Shown here: one piece after another, positions 15,875 through 20,000 of the stretch
How positions within the stretch are numbered: the stretch's first letter is position 1
Layout of the letters: each line of letters opens with the position of its first letter
Virus record (IMG/VR): IMGVR_UViG_3300023231_000362
From: an uncultured virus (IMG/VR IMGVR_UViG_3300023231_000362)
Lineage: Duplodnaviria > Heunggongvirae > Uroviricota > Caudoviricetes
DNA length: 20,000 bases
Reading direction: 5' to 3' (one strand)
Position numbers and translations under genes: made by a program
Notes under the pieces: model-generated
Told to the model about the DNA's origin: nothing
Database searches by the model: none
The model's input: only the letters and a program-made list of their open reading frames with translations

Positions 15875-16267
15875 ATGGCTTACATTTCCAAAGAAGACGT
15901 TAAAGCAATTAGAGACGAGCTTAAAGCAACCTTCCCTAAGTTCAAGTTTGGTGTACGTAAAGCGACAGGTAGCATGAGCGTTAATGTTACTGTTAAGCAA
16001 GGCCCAACAGACTTTAGCGGGTTTTTTGCTCATGGTAACGGCTATGCTCAGATTAATCATTACCACACTGGTAACTACGGTGAGCATGCAAAGTTCTTTG
16101 AGGAGATTGTTAAGATTATCAAGACTGCTCCTATTAACGGTAACGGATACCACAAAGGACGTGGTCACTATGATAACAGTGACGCACAATTTGACTACTA
16201 CGACACTGCCTACTACATGAGTTTAGATGTAGGTAAGTGGAACGACCCATATACAGTTTCAGCTTAA
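15875..16267 (+). CDS. Hypothetical protein, LPD29-like
   Basis: SD aaggag before the ATG at 15875; KAIRDELKATFPKFKFGVRK and D.SD...DYYD motifs. Confidence 0.7.
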   Translation: MAYISKEDVKAIRDELKATFPKFKFGVRKATGSMSVNVTVKQGPTDFSGFFAHGNGYAQINHYHTGNYGEHAKFFEEIVKIIKTAPINGNGYHKGRGHYDNSDAQFDYYDTAYYMSLDVGKWNDPYTVSA

Positions 16268-16277
16268 GGAGAATCAT

Positions 16278-16454
16278 ATGTTAAAAGACTACATAGATTT
16301 AATGCACATTAGGTTTGATGACGATACCAGTTACTATTTTAAGCCAGGTACTTTCTGTTTACTCGAAGCAGGTTGGGACACAGTTCGAGACTACGAAAGA
16401 GTTACTGTTCCTAACAATGAGTACGAAGCAAAGAACGCAGGGGTCGCAATATAA
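16278..16454 (+). CDS. 58-aa hypothetical protein (below ORF-track cutoff)
   Basis: SD taaggag; MLKDYIDLMHIRFDDD...AGVAI; TAATG coupling to the next gene. Confidence 0.65.
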   Translation: MLKDYIDLMHIRFDDDTSYYFKPGTFCLLEAGWDTVRDYERVTVPNNEYEAKNAGVAI

Positions 16455-16618
16455 TGATTAGATTTATTCTTGGACTAGTAGTTGTATTTGGCGCATTGGG
16501 CGGTGCGGATCAAGGCACATTGGGTCTACTACAATCTACGCTGACAGCAGTAGGTGGCTTGCTCTTAATGCTCTGGGCATTGCCTAAAATCAAACAGCAA
16601 TACGGTGACTACAGATGA
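16454..16618 (+). CDS. 54-aa two-TM membrane protein (below ORF-track cutoff)
   Basis: MIRFILGLVVVFGALGG...GGLLLMLWALPK; start and stop overlap both neighbours. Confidence 0.7.
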   Translation: MIRFILGLVVVFGALGGADQGTLGLLQSTLTAVGGLLLMLWALPKIKQQYGDYR

Positions 16619-16824
16619 AGGCTATTCTAATAGCAACTATGTTGTCAACTGGTAATGTGCAGACTATGGCGTTCCAGGATTACTTTAGTTGTGTTGAGTA
16701 TGCTAACAGAAACAGTGGTCAGATATATCAAATGGAATGTGTGCCTGCTTCAGATGGTGCGGCAGAACATGGTGTTAAAGGCTTCTATAAATTAACCAAA
16801 ATTATTGGTATATTTAGAAAATAA
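16615..16824 (+). CDS. Small hypothetical protein
   Basis: ATGA overlap; F....SC......ECVP pattern. Confidence 0.65.
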   Translation: MKAILIATMLSTGNVQTMAFQDYFSCVEYANRNSGQIYQMECVPASDGAAEHGVKGFYKLTKIIGIFRK

Positions 16825-16828
16825 CCGT

Positions 16829-16857
16829 TTGACATTTTATTAGAGTGGCTTTATAAT
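16829..16857 (+). promoter_or_regulatory. Sigma70-like early promoter
   Basis: TTGACA-N17-TATAAT followed by SD taaggagg. Confidence 0.85.
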
Positions 16858-16888
16858 TCAATAACATTTTAATTTAAGGAGGCATATT

Positions 16889-18220
16889 ATGGCACTCTCG
16901 ATGAAGGTCATAGAAAAAAAGTTCGACTTAGACTATACCGCAAGGGTACTTGATAAGAAGTTTAAAATAGCTGCCAAAACCGTAAAACCAGTTACTAATA
17001 TTATTAAGGCTCGACCTTACACTGACGAGGAAAGAGACGCATACGTTAAGACCAATCCTACCCCAAGTAGAGAGGATAAACTTGTACAGGTGTTGTATAC
17101 ACGTGGTGCCAGTGATGTCGATCAGATTATTGCGTTCCTATTATTACAGGGAGATGGTAAGATCGAAGTACCTCCTGTTGAACAAGGGGCGATGCAATAC
17201 GATGCTGTCAATAATTTAAAATACAAGGGCAACCCTAAATGGACTAAACTTGCTAAGTTGGTTAACATGGCAGCCAAATACGATTGTTATCCAGTTGCGG
17301 CTAAAAGACAAGGCGGTACTGATTTTAATAAGCCTGGCGCCATCGATCATTGGGGCAAGTTCCAAGCTCTAAAAGACCAGAGCAAAGATTTACAGGAATA
17401 CGTATTTAAAACTCATTATACATATTGGCATCACAAAAAAGTTGATCAGGCGGAGATTGTCTTTCTTAGTGATATAAGAAAGGAAACAAATAATCCTGCC
17501 GATGAAATTATTCAATTCGTTTATGGCGTAGTGCAAAAGAAGTATGGGTCCTGGGACAAGGCATATAAACACCTACGTAAGGCTTATGAAAACTGGTTCC
17601 GTCATGTACGTTATGACGGTAACAAAATGAAGAAGGTGGAAAACAATGATCAGGCTATTGTAGGTGCATTGTTGCAGATGTATGTAGATGAATATGGTGG
17701 TAAGGAGTATCCAGGTAATTTACACAAAAAATATATTGAAAGCGGCTACAAAATAATAGACTTTGTTGATCCTAAAATTATTAAGGATGTAGAAAATAAA
17801 AACAAGATCAACTTAGAGCTCAATGACCGTGAGCATAATGAGATTATAGATACCAATATTTTCACCAACAGACCCAAGTCTAAAAGACGTATTGTAGACC
17901 TGATTGACAGTGTGATTGCTTCTAGTGCGGCTAGGAAAGCAATGGATGCAATCATTGAAGAGAAGGGTAAGTTGTCAGAGCCTCCAAGAAGATATTTACA
18001 TTGGTTCAGACTAGGTGACCTTATCATAAAAGAGGATCGTCAACGACGTCATCAAGTTAAAAATAATGTTAGTATTTTCCAGAACGATTATCATACAAAA
18101 CATTCTGCCCCGGCTATTGGTGTTATGACCGACCAAGGTGAGATGCATATATTAGATTCACAACATACGTTAACAGGCAATCAAGCGGCAACTGAGTATG
18201 GAGTAATTGAGAATGTCTAA
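16889..18220 (+). CDS. ParB/Srx-like (DGQH-type) protein, apparently circularly permuted
   Basis: LGDLII.ED.QR (Q385) ... PAIGV....GEMHILDSQHTL (D423) at the extreme C-terminus; strand-helix LVQVLY...AFLLLQGDGK at aa 65-91. Confidence 0.6.
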   Translation: MALSMKVIEKKFDLDYTARVLDKKFKIAAKTVKPVTNIIKARPYTDEERDAYVKTNPTPSREDKLVQVLYTRGASDVDQIIAFLLLQGDGKIEVPPVEQGAMQYDAVNNLKYKGNPKWTKLAKLVNMAAKYDCYPVAAKRQGGTDFNKPGAIDHWGKFQALKDQSKDLQEYVFKTHYTYWHHKKVDQAEIVFLSDIRKETNNPADEIIQFVYGVVQKKYGSWDKAYKHLRKAYENWFRHVRYDGNKMKKVENNDQAIVGALLQMYVDEYGGKEYPGNLHKKYIESGYKIIDFVDPKIIKDVENKNKINLELNDREHNEIIDTNIFTNRPKSKRRIVDLIDSVIASSAARKAMDAIIEEKGKLSEPPRRYLHWFRLGDLIIKEDRQRRHQVKNNVSIFQNDYHTKHSAPAIGVMTDQGEMHILDSQHTLTGNQAATEYGVIENV

Positions 18221-18581
18221 TAGTTTGTTATACATATTTGCATCACCGGGACTATATTCTAGTTCTGGTTTTGGCATAACAACTAATATTAACAGGAGAA
18301 TACAAGCCTATATGAGCCATATAGGCCCACTTGCAGACAACTTTGAGATGAAGTATGTATATAAAGGTTTATCAGGTCTGATAGAAACTTTAGAAGATGA
18401 CATTAAAGGGCTATTGTCTCACGACGTTTGGCAACCAGAGCATCAGAGTACAGGCAATATATGGTATACTGAATGGACAATTACTACACCGTATAATAAT
18501 TTGAAAGAGTTAGTTGATAAAACTATTAGCGATAACTTCTATGACATATCGCTTTATAAAACGAACTTAAAATTGCAATGA
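18213..18581 (+). CDS. GIY-YIG-like (T5orf172-like) nuclease
   Basis: LLYIF...GFGITTN..RRI.AY...LE..IK...TEW; start overlaps the end of the upstream gene. Confidence 0.7.
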   Translation: MSNSLLYIFASPGLYSSSGFGITTNINRRIQAYMSHIGPLADNFEMKYVYKGLSGLIETLEDDIKGLLSHDVWQPEHQSTGNIWYTEWTITTPYNNLKELVDKTISDNFYDISLYKTNLKLQ

Positions 18582-18612
18582 TTACTAAATTTACATATAT
18601 AGACTACAGACT

Positions 18613-19020
18613 ATGGACTATAATATACTTAAACGAGTAGACGAGCGTATTGAGCATCGTTGCACTAGCGAAAATATAAAACTCACGACAATAGAGTGTA
18701 AGAGCTGGTTAGAGGGTAGGAAAGGCTATAATCGCCGTAGAGGTGTCTATGTTATCACAGACCCTGTCAGGGTCATATACGTGGGTAAGGGATTCTTTAG
18801 TGCTCGTAACAAGAGCCATTACGATAAAGCCATTAACAAGGCTAACTACAACCCCAAGGGCTGGATTTACCTTAAAGAAACAATAGATTACGACATCACA
18901 AACTGGGTGCTCACTATAGTTGAGCTTGATTCTGAAGTAGATATCACGTTCCTAGAGGGCGCCTTAATTAAGGATTTGCAACCCTACGCAAACGATGAAG
19001 TGCATGCAGATCGTAAGTAA
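18613..19020 (+). CDS. GIY-YIG nuclease
   Basis: GVYVI.....IYVGKG...R...H ... LEGALI..LQPYAN. Confidence 0.88.
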   Translation: MDYNILKRVDERIEHRCTSENIKLTTIECKSWLEGRKGYNRRRGVYVITDPVRVIYVGKGFFSARNKSHYDKAINKANYNPKGWIYLKETIDYDITNWVLTIVELDSEVDITFLEGALIKDLQPYANDEVHADRK

Positions 19021-19052
19021 TTAATTTTATTGAACTTCTTTTTTGCCCAAAA

Positions 19053-19125
19053 GGTTGACATATGGTCGGAGTGAACCTATAATATAGTTATACTGTTAAT
19101 AAAGAAGAGGGGAAACAAGATGACT
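19053..19125 (+). repeat. Promoter-leader-RBS-start cassette, copy 2
   Basis: 70/73 identical to 15389-15461; TTGACA-N17-TATAAT. Confidence 0.92.
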
Positions 19126-19362
19126 AATAACTACTTTGAAAACTTAGTTGAACAAGAAGTTGATATAGTACTTGATACTGCTGTTAAGAGTTCTTTCTAC
19201 CAGAAAGAATGGTGCTCGGGCACATTGTTTATTAACGGCGTGGCCCAAAGTGAAATGGATCAAGTGCTCAGCAGACTCAGTGAAGTTTACGGTAATGTGT
19301 TAATGAACAGAATGGGCGACACTGACGAATACGCATTTGACTTTGCATTACAAGGAGAATAA
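19120..19362 (+). CDS. Hypothetical phage early protein
   Basis: Promoter and SD upstream; GTLFI...EYAFDF pattern. Confidence 0.75.
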   Translation: MTNNYFENLVEQEVDIVLDTAVKSSFYQKEWCSGTLFINGVAQSEMDQVLSRLSEVYGNVLMNRMGDTDEYAFDFALQGE

Positions 19363-19363
19363 A

Positions 19364-19657
19364 ATGGAACAACAATTAGAAATCCTAAAGCAAAAAATGA
19401 TTCAAGACTACAACAGTCGTTGCGATAATGTAGACATGCAGAAAGAGTTTGCTGACGGTATTGAGATCCGTGAAGGCAAGAAGTATTACAAAGTTACCAG
19501 CAACCGCTGTGTTCACAGTTTTATTGTTAAGCAGGACGGGGTAAAGTTTCGCAAGGGTGACATACTCAAAGCCGCATGTTATGCCGCACCAGCAACCAAC
19601 TTTGCACGTGGTAACATATTAGAAGATTTTGAGATTAGATGGACAGGAGCAATTTAA
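19364..19657 (+). CDS. Conserved-looking phage hypothetical protein
   Basis: SD aaggag before the ATG at 19364; GKKYYKV...VHSFIVK....F.KGDILKAA.Y.APA.N.ARGNI motif. Confidence 0.8.
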   Translation: MEQQLEILKQKMIQDYNSRCDNVDMQKEFADGIEIREGKKYYKVTSNRCVHSFIVKQDGVKFRKGDILKAACYAAPATNFARGNILEDFEIRWTGAI

Positions 19658-19663
19658 ACGAAC

Positions 19664-19819
19664 ATGTTAGAAAACCCAGGTGCTAACATAATCAAAGTAA
19701 CAGGTAGCAGTGGTAACACATACGAAGTGGACACTGATAGCAAGACCTGTAGTTGTCCTGGATTTCAATTCCGTGGTAAATGTAAACATGTATTTAATAC
19801 ATGTTTACATTTACTGTAA
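19664..19819 (+). CDS. 51-aa stand-alone SWIM zinc-finger protein (C-terminus altered by insertion)
   Basis: [43 protein letters not shown]...; paralogous to the C-terminus of 13882-14217. Confidence 0.75.
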   Translation: MLENPGANIIKVTGSSGNTYEVDTDSKTCSCPGFQFRGKCKHVFNTCLHLL

Positions 19820-19834
19820 ATGTAAACATGTATT
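19776..19834. repeat. Inverted triplication X-t-X'-t-X of a 19-mer
   Basis: X=gtaaatgtaaacatgtatt at 19776-19794 and 19816-19834; exact reverse complement at 19796-19814. Confidence 0.95.
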
Positions 19835-19843
19835 GGAGGCAAC

Positions 19844-20000
19844 ATGAACGAACGAATTAGACTACTTGCTCTACAGTCCGGCATGCTTGAAATACTCAAA
19901 GACCACGCCGCAGAATATGGAAACGGTACGCTTGAGAATACCCCATATTTAGAATTAGAAAAGTTCGCCGAGTTGATTGTTCGGGAATGTGTCATGTTTA
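19844..20000 (+). CDS. Partial hypothetical protein of the MNERI...EKFAELIVREC phage family (runs off the window)
   Basis: SD ggagg; MNERIRLLALQSG...LEKFAELIVRECVMF, open to the end of the window. Confidence 0.75.
   Translation, partial: MNERIRLLALQSGMLEILKDHAAEYGNGTLENTPYLELEKFAELIVRECVMF

Noticed and set aside
15538..16220. Alternative-frame ORFs 15538-15756 (+), 15984-16220 (+), 15866-16189 (-) and the 15779 start
   Set aside because: They overlap better-supported genes; the 15779 extension runs across a promoter, and the SD supports a start at 15875
19765..19995. Minus-strand 76-aa ORF containing KCKHV
   Set aside because: The motif arises only from the inverted copy in the triplication; the + strand frames have SDs and family motifs

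Overview
A 20 kb segment of a large, AT-rich, T4-like (myovirus-type) dsDNA phage genome, almost entirely encoded on the + strand. It carries many sigma70-type early promoters (TTGAC[A/G]-N17-TATAAT) and T4-like late promoter motifs (TAAATA/TATAAATA). Left to right: (i) a modification/structural cluster (amidinotransferase, methyltransferase-fold-like protein, tail-fibre-like protein with N-terminal repeats, GT/MptE-like protein, radical SAM); (ii) uvsE followed by a ~1.2 kb insertion (antisense NUMOD3 homing-endonuclease remnant, orphan truncated HicB, acidic ORF) and a displaced, divergent second uvsE 3' end whose 26-bp hairpin loop is inverted; (iii) a lipoprotein/secreted-protein operon ending in clpP; (iv) an NT5C-ParB fusion and a thermonuclease; (v) a modular early region of small promoter-headed cassettes. 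That early region includes a second radical SAM gene, two SWIM zinc-finger genes, and an operon encoding an apparently circularly permuted ParB/Srx (DxQH) protein plus two GIY-YIG nucleases. No tRNA, rRNA, CRISPR array or intact IS was recognised. All protein calls come from motif recognition by eye; no database searches were run.
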